A stretch of 64,000 nt of DNA. Source: Mobula hypostoma. Its lineage: Eukaryota. Both the position numbers and the translations under genes were made by a program. The notes under the pieces are model-generated. The model ran no database searches and was not told the origin of the DNA. It saw nothing but the letters and a program-made list of their open reading frames with translations. Where the stretch lies: positions 58,840,001-58,904,000 of the forward strand of contig NC_086108.1 in NCBI RefSeq assembly GCF_963921235.1. The letters run 5' to 3'. Shown one piece after another: positions 1 through 11,114 of this stretch; the first letter of the stretch is position 1; every line of letters starts with the position of its first letter.

Positions 1-830
1 ACTGAGTATCAGCTTTCTCTTCCAGGCTGTGAGACGAATGAATACCCTGCCGCTACAGAGGTCTCTTTACTAGGACAGTGAGCCGCTCACTGTTTGCTAT
101 TTACCTGTGCTGTGCACTTCACATGCATTTTTAATTATATTTTATTAACTTATTTGTGGTAATATTTTGTTTTATGTGCTGTGTGAGATATACGTATTGT
201 GGACGAACAGTAGTCTGGAGGAGCATTTTGATTGGTTGTCTATATATATATATATATATGTTGTTCGTCCATCATTGACGTCGATGAGGACCTCGACACC
301 ATTATGGTGGTGTCGAGACTAGCGAGTGATTTGGATTTAAGTGAGCGAGAGTTGCGCAGCGTCAGCCTCACTCTCTCTTTCCAATTCCCATCTGGATCCA
401 GTGGCAAGACAGAGTCCAGACGGCTGGAGATGGGACTAGGCGCAGTGGATGACCAGGACGTCTTCTGTGTCTTGTCCTGCTCTACACGTTCCATGACGCT
501 TGCAGAGACCGCCTTCTTGACCGTTGGACCTTCCATAGGACTCGTCCACTCAATCTGCGGGAGTCTGTCTTCACATGCTGGGATAGGCAACTCCCTATCT
601 CACCGAGGGTTTGAGACCCGTCGGCTACCCTCACCTGGTTTAGCCGGCTTGTTGAAGCCGTTGCCCGGGGTGTGGCCACTGTCGCATGCAAACAGCTACG
701 GGGAGCCACAGGTGAGAGCTGAGTGCCAGGTGGGGACCAAGCATGTCGCGTCCTTTTCAGGGCGGTTAGTCCACCTTATATATATAGTCAGATGACAATA
801 AACTTGAACTTCAGCTTCAGCCTGAACCTG
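1..830 (+). mobile_element. 3' end of Rex1/Babar-type LINE, interrupted at its (TA)n tract by an RTE-derived element
   Basis: Opens with the SF(L)FQAVR..N C-terminal motif seen in other Rex copies here; AT-rich UTR; AATAAA and (ttgaac/ttcagc) tail at ~797-830; (TA)n on both sides of the insert. Confidence 0.65.
260..775 (-). mobile_element. Non-autonomous RTE-derived element (structured 5' UTR joined to 3' tail)
   Basis: GC-rich 516-bp block inside a (TA)n tract; caacaa-type tail at the left end; perfect 10-bp stem 292-301/308-317 near the 3' end; resembles RTE-type SINEs from memory. Confidence 0.65.
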
Positions 831-1696
831 TTTACTTTCATTCTGGTGGAGCTGGATAACTACTAGGAAATAATGTATTGTTTTCTCTATCATGTTACAG
901 GTAAAAATATGACTGGAGTCTTAGTTAAACTTTCTGCAGGCTTCTGCTACCCTCAGAATAACTTTATAAAGAGTCAAATGACTTTAAGCTAAACTTTGAT
1001 CTAGTGTATAATGTGGTCATTACTAAATTCGTAGTTCTGTTTGAGATACTACTTAGTGCCACCTCAGACACAAACTTATTCATTGTTGTGCTTTGTCATT
1101 GTCTCCTACCTTAACTGTATGAACACTTATTTAATTAGTTCTGATGTGAAAGTCACAGAATAGTGTTTTATTTCTGTTAATTCTGCTCTCAAACTAATTG
1201 CTAAAGTAACAAGAGCAGAGTAGACCAGGATTTCAAGAGGCAACAGATGGCATGATAGAAATAGAAATAGATGATCAATGTGGCAGACAGTATGTTGAAT
1301 TGGGATCTCAAATTCAATTTAGGCTTTAGAATGAATAAGTTTCGTGTGCTTCAATCTAGTTCCTCATGTGCACAGAGAAGAATAGGAAACTGGCATGAAG
1401 AGTTCAGAATTTGTGGTAGTGACTAAGAAAAATAGCCTTAGTTGGAGAAAATTGTGACTCACTATAATTGGACATCTGAACAAACTTCTGCCCAGTACTT
1501 GTCAATTGCATTGCCCTAATTTATTGTTCATAATGGGGATATGACATAGAGTTGCTGCTTTGATGTAGTCAGCATTTTCTATGTAAATTGAAAATAGCAC
1601 CATCTTTTCAAATTGACTTAATAGTTCAAATCCCAGCTTAAACTCATTTGCATAAATTCAAATATAAAATTGGCCAGGAAACAATACAATGAAGTG

Positions 1697-2515
1697 CAGC
1701 ACATGCACAGTGCTGGAAGAACTCAGCAGGTCAGGTAGGAATAAACAGTTGACGTTTCGGGTAGTGACCTTTCTTCAGGACTGGAAGGGAAGGGGGAAGA
1801 TGCCGGAATAAAAAAGGTGGGGGAGTGGAAGGATGACTAACTAGAAGGTGATAGATGAAGCCATGGGTGGGAAAGATGAGGGGCTGAAGAAGAAGGAATC
1901 TGATAGGACAGGAGAATGTGGTTGTTACTACATAGGAGAATGAGAAGAAGGAGGGGCACTGGGGGAGGTGATAGGCAGGTGAGGAGAAGCGCTAAGTGGC
2001 CAGAGTGGGGAATAGAAGAAGAGGGAAGGGGGAGGAAAAAATTACCAGAAGGAGAAATAGATGTTCATGCCTTCAGGTTGGAGGTTACCGAGATGTAATA
2101 TGAGCTGTTGCTTCTCCACCAAGAATGCCCTCATCATGGCAGTAGAGGAAGCCATGGACTAACATGTTGGAACAGGAATGGATATAGGAATTAAAATGGT
2201 GGACAAATGGGAAATTCCACTTTCTGTATATGGAACAGAAGTGCTTGACAAAGCAGTCCTTCAATTTACATCAGGTCTCGCTAATGTAGAGGAGGATGCA
2301 TCAGGAACACCGGATACAACAGACGATTCCAACAGGTTCACAGGTGAAGTGTTGGCTCATGTGGAAGGAATGTTTAGGGGTCTGAATGGAGGCAATGGAG
2401 GAGGTGAATGGGTGGATGCAGCATTTTAGTCACCTGCAGAGATATGTGCCAGGTGGGAGATGAATAGGGAGCGATGAACGGACAAGGGAATCACAGAGGG
2501 AGCAATCCCTGTAGA
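1697..2515 (-). mobile_element. Penelope-like element, 3' fragment (GIY-YIG endonuclease region and terminal repeat)
   Basis: Minus strand reads decayed PGTY.C..KCC..PFTSS...SFH..QHFTCE..G.VCCIRCS.C..LYI.ET; purine-rich tract; hammerhead core at 1745-1784. Confidence 0.8.
1745..1784 (-). ncRNA. Minimal type I hammerhead ribozyme motif (Penelope-associated)
   Basis: Minus strand: ccagtc-CTGAAGA-aaggtcactaccc-GAAA-CGTC-aactgt; conserved core intact, one mismatch closing stem I. Confidence 0.6.
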
Positions 2516-2524
2516 AAGCAGCAA

Positions 2525-2990
2525 GTGTAGTTGCTGTAATTCCTGTCCACTGTCTCCTCATTTTTCCATTTGAGTCAAAGATCATCAAGCTGCAGCTCCT
2601 GTTCCTTAATATGTTCGCTCAGGAGTTGCAGTTTGGTGCACCTGGCGCAGATGTACAGAGGTCTCCCAGACTTCCCACATCCCACTCAAAGTGCAAAAGA
2701 CTGCCCCTAGAGCCATTCTCACTAAACTACTATGCCGTAACAGAGGAGGAATGAGCCAATAAGAACAGAGAGAGAGAGTAACCTACAAGTTACTTTACCT
2801 CACCCAAGCCTGAAGAGCTAAAGCCACTCTGAAGACTGATACACTCAAACGAATGGCTGCTCTGGTTGCACTTGAGCTATTTTTTATTGGCCCTTTCTAA
2901 CGAATTTCTCTTCCTGATTGGTCGCTCCTCAACTCAGAGAATCTGCATGTAACTCTGCCTTTAAAATCTCGGTTGCCATCCTGATTAAAA
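2525..2990 (-). mobile_element. CR1 LINE 5' fragment (5' UTR and ORF1 zinc-finger region)
   Basis: Minus strand reads C..MWEVWETSV..ICARCTKLQLLSEHIKEQELQLDDL, typical of the CR1 ORF1 N-terminus. Confidence 0.65.
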
Positions 2991-3879
2991 GGTGGCTCTT
3001 TTCATGCAGTCCTGACGTTGATTGTCCAGCCGTTTTTAACTCTGTCTATCAAAAGGAATTGTGGACAATCCTTTTCCAATTTGCCTTCACTCCATTTTAC
3101 ATCAGCTGTATAATGGTATGCGAGCTGTGATTTTAGTAAGTACACAACTGATCTAATGGAAGTTAGGTCAAGTAAGGCTATAGGATTTTTCCACATCTTT
3201 CTCAATCTTTTTTGCTGCAATATTGCCCCTCGTTTCAAACCAGCTTCCTACGGGAATGGAACTAATTTACAGGTCAAATGGGAGACTCTAGAACTTATGG
3301 CACCTCTACACCAGAACCAAGGTGATTCTGACTTCAGATATTGAACTCCTTATAAGTGCACATTGACGGCCAAGCTCCACATCTTTGACATCTCATTGAC
3401 TGAGGGAAATGAATGAATATCTTAAAATTTGAAGTTAAATTGATAAAATCAATATTGAAGGGTGCAGCATGTCTAAATCAGGGAGACTAAATGCAGAGAA
3501 GGTGACTGCTTTGTAGAGTCCCTGCGTTCAGTTGGCAAGGGTGATGCTGAGCTTCCCATCACCTGTCACCTTAATTCTTCATTTTGTTCATCCCACTCTG
3601 ACCTGTCTCCCTGCACCTCCTACACTGTTCCAAAAAAGGCAGACGTAAACTTGAGGAAAAACACTTCACCAGCCATCCAGCTATGTTGTACATCAGAATA
3701 GATAAAGAGTATCTGGGGTGGCACTGAGAACCTTTGTCAGCAGCATGCAGAAGCTCACTACAAATGGTGGAAGGAGCAAGCATATCACAAACTACCTAGG
3801 GGCTACCCCATCCAGCATTTCCTGCCCCTACTTTGCCAAGTCTGCTGGTCCCACGTGAAGGAAACCAGAGGGCCTTGTC

Positions 3880-4141
3880 AAAGGATCAGAGGTAGAGAGA
3901 GCCAGCAATTTAAAATTCCTTAGGGTTATCATTTCTGAGGACCTCCTGGGCACAGCACGTAAGTACCTTCCATGAGGAAGAAGGTACAGGATTCTTAGGA
4001 CTCACAAACAGTTATTTACCCCTGAACCATCACAATCTTGAACTAAAGTAGATAATTTCACTCAACTAACTTGCCCCATCATTGAAATGTTCCCACAACC
4101 TATGGACTCAGTTTCAGGGTCTCTTCATATCACATTCTCAA

Positions 4142-4173
<32 letters not shown>

Positions 4174-4362
4174 GTGTTTGCACAGTTTGTTGTCTTTTGC
4201 ACACTGGTTGAACACCCAGCTTGGCACTGTCTTTCATTGATTCTGATATGGTTGTTATTCTATGGATTTATTGAGTATTCCTGCAAGAAAATGAATCTCA
4301 GGGTTGGATATGGTGACGTATATGTACTTTGATTATAAATTTACTTTGAACTTTGAACTTTG
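3880..4362 (+). mobile_element. Rex1/Babar-type LINE 3' fragment, internally deleted
   Basis: GSEVERASNLKFLG..ISEDL motif; UTR closely similar to 46750-47066; (ctttgaa)n tail. Confidence 0.75.
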
Positions 4363-4429
4363 TGGTCACCAAATCTGAGGGACTATCTAGGAAGAAGGAC
4401 CAGAGATAAAGCCTTAGTATAAAATGGCC

Positions 4430-5800
4430 CATGTATTTCAACAGTTACCTTATCTAAACTTCAGGCTGTCTCCTTTCATGTGGAGACTCCATTCCATTCT
4501 CCCAATTTCTCGGTCTTTCTCACAGTTCATACCTGTCCTGAGGTTGACAATATTAGCAATAAATAGCAATATTTCTGATGTCTTCATACTTCTGGGTATA
4601 CTCCTCCACTAGTAATACCCTTTCCATATCCTACATTACTGCTCTCATCTCTCCCCTTTCTCTTAAAACCAACAATAGGCTTCCCTTGTCTTCACTTTCT
4701 ACCCAAACCATTTCACCAGTCTGCATATTTAACATATAATGCTCCAGCATTTGTGGTTCTTCCAGCATGATGCTTCAGCAAATGTGTTTTCTCCTCCCCT
4801 CCCCATCCAGCATTCTAAAGGATCATTACTTGCACAAATTTTTATTGCAATATTCAGTCACTTCCAAAATTTCCTCCTTTTCTTGGCACATACAACTAAT
4901 AGGAGAAGATGCAACACCTGCCCCTTCACCTCTCATTTCTGTCTCAAGGTATCCACCACTTTTCAAAAGTGATATACATACCTATGCAATCTCCTCCAAA
5001 CTGCAGAGAGCAAATTTAAGTTGCTGAAAAGCTCTGTTCAGCCTCTAAAACATTACATTGAGTGAGTGAGGGCCTCTGTTGGTTAGAGTTGACCATGGAT
5101 ATTGTGTCCTAGCTGTCTGGATATGCAAGCCAGGGCAGTATGATGTGGAGAACAAGCTGTTGCCCATGTAGCAAGGTCCCCCTCTCCATGCAACTGATGA
5201 ACACAAAGGAATGGCACAGGCTGATACAGTTTGGTACCAGCAGCATTGCATTGAACTCAACGTAGGACTGCCTTAGGGACTCCAACTCCAGATTTTTCCC
5301 TCAGAGCTTACTCCCAAAACCTTCCCCGTGAGTGAGTATAGCCATAAGGCAGCGGATGTTTGAGATCAGAGTTTTCCTTCTCCTAGTTGAGCTGCCAACC
5401 ACGACTGACCATTCCCATCTGCCCAAAGTGACTGGTTTTAAGGTGCCAGTAACCCACCTTTGCCCCTTTGTCAGTGGAAACCGTTCCGCCGGCCTTAGTA
5501 GCTAAGCCGCACGTGAAGGCTAGGAGCTTGACTTGGTTGTCAGAGGCTATTTGAGCCGCATGCCATTGGGGGCATTTAATAGGTAGTGAGAGCTTGTCCC
5601 CATTACCACCCCTGGCTATAACAATCTTAAAGCACGTTAAGCTCTCGGTTACTTAATACTTTAATGTCCTACTTTAATCCCATAATAAACTCTTTAACTT
5701 CAGGCTTCTTTGTCTCAAATGCTTGGATAATGGCCTGTATTTTGACTCGATACATTACAGACTTATGGACTCAGCATTGAATTCAGTAATTTCAAGTAAG
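4430..5800 (+). mobile_element. Old Penelope-like remnant interrupted by the RTE-type element at 5060-5630
   Basis: Decayed SI..SQF, LVFTF.P, L.HD...F.PP and RRRCNTCPFTS motifs, matching the region present at 2100-2500. Confidence 0.55.
5060..5630 (-). mobile_element. Non-autonomous RTE-clade (AviRTE-like) element
   Basis: Reverse complement of 23247-23672; contains gatcagagttttccttctcctag, recalled from RTE 5' UTRs; gagt-repeat tail at the left end. Confidence 0.7.
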
Positions 5801-6449
5801 ATTTTGCTACACTTACTTACATCCCCTTAAAACATTTTTTATTTCTTTGTCTGATCACTACTGATAGTCAATGTTAATTTCAAGCTCTGTTGCAATCCAT
5901 TCTTTAACAAATCTCAAGCCGTTTATTCTTTCCTTCCCTCCCCCAACCTTTTCCAATTTGATAAAAGATCATTATCTTGAATAAATATCTGCAGTATTTT
6001 GCTTTTACTGTACTTACTGAGCGTCCCCAAAAGAGTAGCAACTTCAGCAAGCTAATTCATTTCCTCTGACAATCTGATGATTTTGCCAGCTTTTTGCACT
6101 CAATATGTGTTTTGTATTTCATTGCGATTTTTTTTCTTCAGTTTAGTGGAGTTTGAGTTTAATTACTCAATGTTTTACTGATGTTGGGCAAATTAGGCAG
6201 TATTAGCTAGAAATCTGCAAATCTTGTAAAGAGGTAATTTATATTTTATATTTCATGATTTAGTTTTTTGAAGCCACAGGTCATCACTGCGGAATTTGCT
6301 TGGTGTACGTTATAGGCCCAAACATCTATAAACATTTTAGTTTCCTTTGTTTCATCATTCCACATGGGATGTTTGCTAATAATTACACTGGATTCAGATC
6401 TCTTAACAACTTCTCAGATAATAAAGTAATCTATGTCGGTTTACAGTGA

Positions 6450-6950
6450 GGCCGGTACAACAATAGGGTAACAGGTGTTATGTAACATTCACACCACACA
6501 ATTGGCAGGTAATGAGCATTCTCAACAAGAAAGCTCCTCCCTTTCTCTCATTTAGCCCCGAGGATGTTACTATCACTAAATTTCAATCATTGACAGAAAA
6601 TATTGAAAACAATCAGCAAGTTGGGCAGTATCTGTGGGGGGAGAAAACAGACATATTAGCTTCTTTGCTTTTCTGAACTAAGCATCTCAACATTTCCTGT
6701 TTTTATTTCATATTTTTGGTATTTGACCTTTTGGCTTTCACCCCCTACAATTTAATATCCTGGACCAGAAACTTATCAGGTACTGTATATAAATAAAGTG
6801 GCTACAAGAACAGATAAGAGGTGGAGACTGGCTTAACTTCTTACACCCAAAAACCTTTCCACTATATATAAGGCTCATGTTGGGTGTGTGACAGAATGAT
6901 CTCCATTTACTTGATGAGAGCAATGGCTCAGACGGGCTCATTTAAATGTC
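6450..6950 (+). mobile_element. Ancient CR1/L2-group LINE remnant
   Basis: Highly decayed RT C-terminal-like sequence (tcctggaccagaaactt; tataaggctcatgttggg..), interrupted by a Penelope-type piece near 6600-6730. Confidence 0.35.
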
Positions 6951-7149
6951 TCTGAATACTTGCTCTATATGAATGGCTTGCACCATCGATAGCACACACA
7001 TGAATAAACATGTCTCCCACCCCTCTAACAAATCCCAGAAAAGGTATACATATGAGCCTTTGGATTCTCTTACAGGTCTCCAACTTCATTTTGGTCATAT
7101 ATATGAAGAATATAAAGGGAAAATGACAGACTTCTTACAACCTCCAGTA

Positions 7150-7257
7150 AGTCCTTCGTTTTCACTCCTGCAACCACCATAGAGGAGGCCTCAGAAACTA
7201 AGATTGTTTTCACAGCCACAAGTCTCACCTGCCAAGTAGATTGTGAGGAAAGATGTT
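7150..7257 (+). mobile_element. Isolated copy of Gypsy pol 3' end
   Basis: Aligns with 10845-10947 (ctgcaacc.ccat.gaggagg...ttgttttcac.gc..aagtctcacctgccaag...ggaaagatgt). Confidence 0.6.
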
Positions 7258-8353
7258 TTAAATGAACTGGAGGTGGCTACCTATCTGCTGAACTCACGGA
7301 CTTCTTCATCAAGTTATGGTATTGTTACACTGTTTGTAACTATATGTTATAATTATGTGGTTTTGTCAGTTTTTTCAGTCTTGATTTGTCCTGTGTTTTG
7401 TGATATCACAGCGGAGGAAATAATGTATCATTTCTTAATGCATGCATTACTAAATGACAATAAAAGAGGACTACGTGTCTTCATAATCATCATAAATTAG
7501 CCCAATCCTTGCCTGTGGTCCCAACACTCAGGCTTTCCAGACTATCTGTACCGCCATTTAAATTGTCCAAGTACCGGGTGGTGCCTTGCTCTAGAACTTG
7601 GACCCAGCATAGCGATACACTAGGGCCATCCAGCTTAAAGCCATTCTCAATCTCACCCAATCAGTTTAGAGCTTGGAGCAATCCAACCTCACACCCAGGT
7701 TAGGTGGATGGACATTGAAACTCTTCCGCTTCGACTCCTCTCCAAATCATTCATACCAACTGTGACAGTGATACCAACTCTGTCTGTGACTCCGTCTTGA
7801 ACACATTGCACTTCAGCTTTGCGATGCACCCACATGGCCCATCCTTCCAATCAGCTTCGCCTCCGCTTGTTTCATCAGTGTTTGCAGTGATAGTTTACCA
7901 CAATTTACTTCAACAAAAGTGTTATTGGTAATGTTTTCAGTTGAATTCCTTCCCTTTTGAACTACTAGTGAGCTGTCACACATGTTCAGTTGCGCCATCT
8001 TAAATTGGAAGATTTAATGCATTTTCAGTTTGGTAATTGGCTTAATGATGCACTGAGAGATTGCTTAGTTTGTAGAATCTTACAAAAACACTCAAAAAAG
8101 GCTCCTAGCTGAAGCACAACCTACATTTAAAAGAACCATTGAAACAGCTGTATCAATGGAAACCGCAGACAGAGATGCAATTGAGTTGTAGTCAGGAATG
8201 AAAATCTATATGAGCAAAATTGCAACGTCTAAACAACCTGGCGTGGCCGAACAAATTGTGTTACCATTGTGGCATGGGCTCACGTACACCAGATCAATGC
8301 AGATTTAAAGGTGAAGCTTACAGAAGATGCAACAAAGTAGGACACATACAAAG

Positions 8354-9582
8354 TGTCATGGCCCGGTCCGTGAAATCCGCATTCCGATTCACGGTCCGGT
8401 CCATGTTCCTTATTCCAGGTTTTCCAGTTTTCCCCAGTTTCTGTTGAGGCAGCTGATTCTCATTTGTGCTGGCCTCATAAATAGCTTCAGGATTCAGCCT
8501 CTGGCTGCTGGATTGTTCCTGTTCAAACCCCCTGTCTGAATCCCTTCTCTGCCCCTGCCTCCTGAAGCCTCGCCTGTAACCCTCACCTGCATTGCTGTCA
8601 AGTTCCATTGCTGGAGCAAGATAAGGACTGTCTATTGTTGCTTTGAACTGTCTCTGTATCTATGCCTTTACTAGATGGGTCTGGCCGCTTGCCGCTACCT
8701 AGTGTTTGGATCTGTCTCTGTGTCCACACCTTTGATAGGTAGGTCTGGCTATTTGCTGCTACCTTGTGTTGAGAACTGTCTCTCTGTGTTCTGTGTATGA
8801 GTCCCGACCCCATGTCCTGCTCCCTAGGAGGGGTCCTGACTCTGTGTAGAGCCCTGGCCCCAAGTCCTGTTCCCAAGGAGTGGTCCCTGTCTCCCCCTCG
8901 ACCAAGGCTCTGCATCCCTGTCTCTGCCTCGACCAAGGCTCTGCGTCCCTGTCTCCCCCTCAACTAAGTCAAGGCTTCGGGGTCTTGTCCAGTCCTAGCC
9001 ACGTCCAAAAACCTTGTCCTGTCCAAGCCATGGCTTTGTGTTCCTGTCTTGTCCATGTGTCTCGCCCAGCCCAGGAATACTTTGCCCAGCCCGGTGCTGG
9101 GGTTCCCTTGTCCTGTCCAGGAGTTTCACATCCAGTCCTGTTGCCTCTCCTCGTCCTGTAGCCACGTCTTGTCCTTGCCTAGTTCTGGAGTCCGAGTCCG
9201 AGTCAAGCTCCTGGTTCTGGGTCTTTGCCCAGTCTCTGGCTCGGAGTCTATACCCAAGCCTCGAGGAATCCAAGCCCCGTCATGTCCTCACCTCGAGGAA
9301 CCCAAGCCCCATCATGCCCTCACCTAGATCCAGGGTCTGAGCCTGAGTCAAGACCCAGGTTTCGGGTCCTTGTCCAGTCTCTGACTCGGAGTCCTTGTCC
9401 AGGTTCTAAGTTCCTAGTTCCTCGTCTAGGTCCCGCTTTCCTAGTCAAGTCTTTGCCCAAATCTGTGTTCTTGTCCCAGCTCCTAGTCTGCATCCAGTCC
9501 CGTCCCTAACTCAAGTCCAGTTCCCAGTACTTCAGTGTCTGTGTCTTGCATTTGGGTCCGCTCCCAGCACCCCCTTATGACA
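8354..9582 (+). mobile_element. Solo LTR (Gypsy-type) inserted in gag
   Basis: TGTCAT...ATGACA termini; perfect 5-bp TSD caaag (8349-8353, 9583-9587); TATA-like cataaatag near 8476; gcatttgggtcc U5-like end; internal degenerate tandem repeats. Confidence 0.9.
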
Positions 9583-10245
9583 CAAAGAGCATGTTGAGCA
9601 GCCAGAGATAAATGGACTAAAATAAATGGACTGAATGAATGAAAATAAAATGACTAAAAGTAAATGGACTGCACAGAGAAGAGAAAAACATAAAAAGTCA
9701 TTTTGTGGTTTCAAAAAGAGCATGAATCTGCATGCTGTTGGTGAAAAATCTGATAATGATGAGAGTGATACTGGACTGCCTTGAGAATTACCGTGTGAAA
9801 ATTAATAATAGACCAGCAACATGGCTTACACCAGAAGTAAATGGCAAATTAATTAAAATGGAATTGGACACTGTCTTGGCTGTTTCAATCATTCCACCAA
9901 ATTAGTTTGAAAGGCATTTCAAAAGTACTGAACTGTACCCTACAGATATCAGCTGAGAACTTGTACTGGAGAGAAGATAACTCCTGTGGGAATGATGTTT
10001 ATAACAGTGAGATAAAGCAATCAACAAGACACATTGAGCTTTTATATTGTAAAAACAGGAGGATCAGCATTGTGGGGACATTAGTGGCTGAGATAGCTAT
10101 AACTTGGTTGAAGATTCATTCACCATCTGCATGCTATATCCCTGCAACACAGTCAAATAAAAGTGAACTAAGAAAGTTACTGGATGGTGCCATATCTGTC
10201 TCTATGCTGTACTCCATGCACTGTTGGCCAACAAAGGGCAAAAGG

Positions 10246-10802
10246 GTGTTGGTGCCAACCTCTATGCCTCTGGTTGGAAAGCATATTGGACCAAGGAAGG
10301 ACATGCTGCTCAGAGGAATCATGAGAGTGATGTAAGCTGTGGTCCAACCACAACAGTTTTTGTATGCAGCATGTCTGAGAAAGCTTCTGATATGTTAATG
10401 AGGCAGATACTTGTGAAACGTGGCTTGGTTTTAAGATGGAAGGGAGTTCAAGGAGCTTCAAGAGGGTTGCAAGTCTTTGGCTTTTGTGAGTAAAAAGAAC
10501 CAAACCTACTCTGTGTGCATTAAGGTTATCTCATGAACTTCAAGTGGGAGACAAAGAGTGCTTGTAAAAATAGATGCAAAGACCAAAGCCCAGCTGGATG
10601 AATGGAAAACTAAGAAGAAAGGAGTCAATGGAGATATGAAAATAGAGGATTTGTCAGATGACGTTATAGGTGAGGAAACCAAGAGGAGAGATGAGAACTT
10701 AAAGGGAGTAACAGAAGGATTAATAAGAGAACGCTCCACTGAACTAAATGGACCTATCCAAGATGCACAAACTAGAAGAAGAAAAATGAAGGAGAAGAAG
10801 GG
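10246..10802 (+). pseudogene. RBM25: Processed (intronless) partial pseudogene of RNA-binding motif protein 25, RRM region
   Basis: Across frameshifts reads VLVPTSMPLVGKHIGPRKD / CGPTTTVFVCSMSEKASDMLMRQILVKRGLVLRWKGVQGAS.GLQVFGFCE*KEP / LVKIDAKTKAQLDEWKTKKK..EETKRRDE..KG..EGLIRE.S.ELN, matching the vertebrate RBM25 N-terminal RRM as recalled; contiguous with no introns; stop at 10491-10493. Confidence 0.92.
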
Positions 10803-11114
10803 TGTCCAGAGCGGTCAGAACCAGTTCCTGCAGTCTCAGTGTCAACTTCTGCAACCGCCATGGAGGAGGTTCCAGAACCCAATATTGTTTTCACTGCAAG
10901 AAGTCTCACCTGCCAAGCGGAGTGACCTCCCTCCTCAGGAAAGATGTAATCCTATCATTGGCTACTGTTATGTTTTGTTACTACAAAACCTAACAACTAT
11001 CACCACACAAACATGACTTTGTTGCTCAATATAACAATACCTCAGAAAGAACTTTGCTAAATTTCTTGGTTCAATGGTATTGATTTTGTTATTGCCACAT
11101 GTACCTAGATACAG

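Larger units (their letters stand above)
8020..10950 (+). mobile_element. Decayed Gypsy (Ty3) LTR retrotransposon internal region: gag, protease and pol C-terminal tail
   Basis: gag LNDALRD.LVC..KRLLAEAQ.TFKR.IE.AVSMETA; two CCHC knuckles (CYHCG..H..DQC; .RRCNKVGHIQ|RAC); protease MELDT(V)LAVSII at ~9858; pol tail 10803-10950. Many stops and frameshifts; no flanking LTRs found. Confidence 0.85.

Noticed and set aside
232..795. 187-aa and 116-aa ORFs as protein-coding genes
   Set aside because: They coincide with a GC-rich non-coding retroelement and a TA microsatellite; no recognisable domain.
8598..9509. Cluster of overlapping ORFs
   Set aside because: Artefacts of low-complexity repeats within the solo LTR.
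10246..11016. Functional RBM25 gene or intact fusion ORF
   Set aside because: Several frameshifts, an in-frame stop at 10491, both ends missing.
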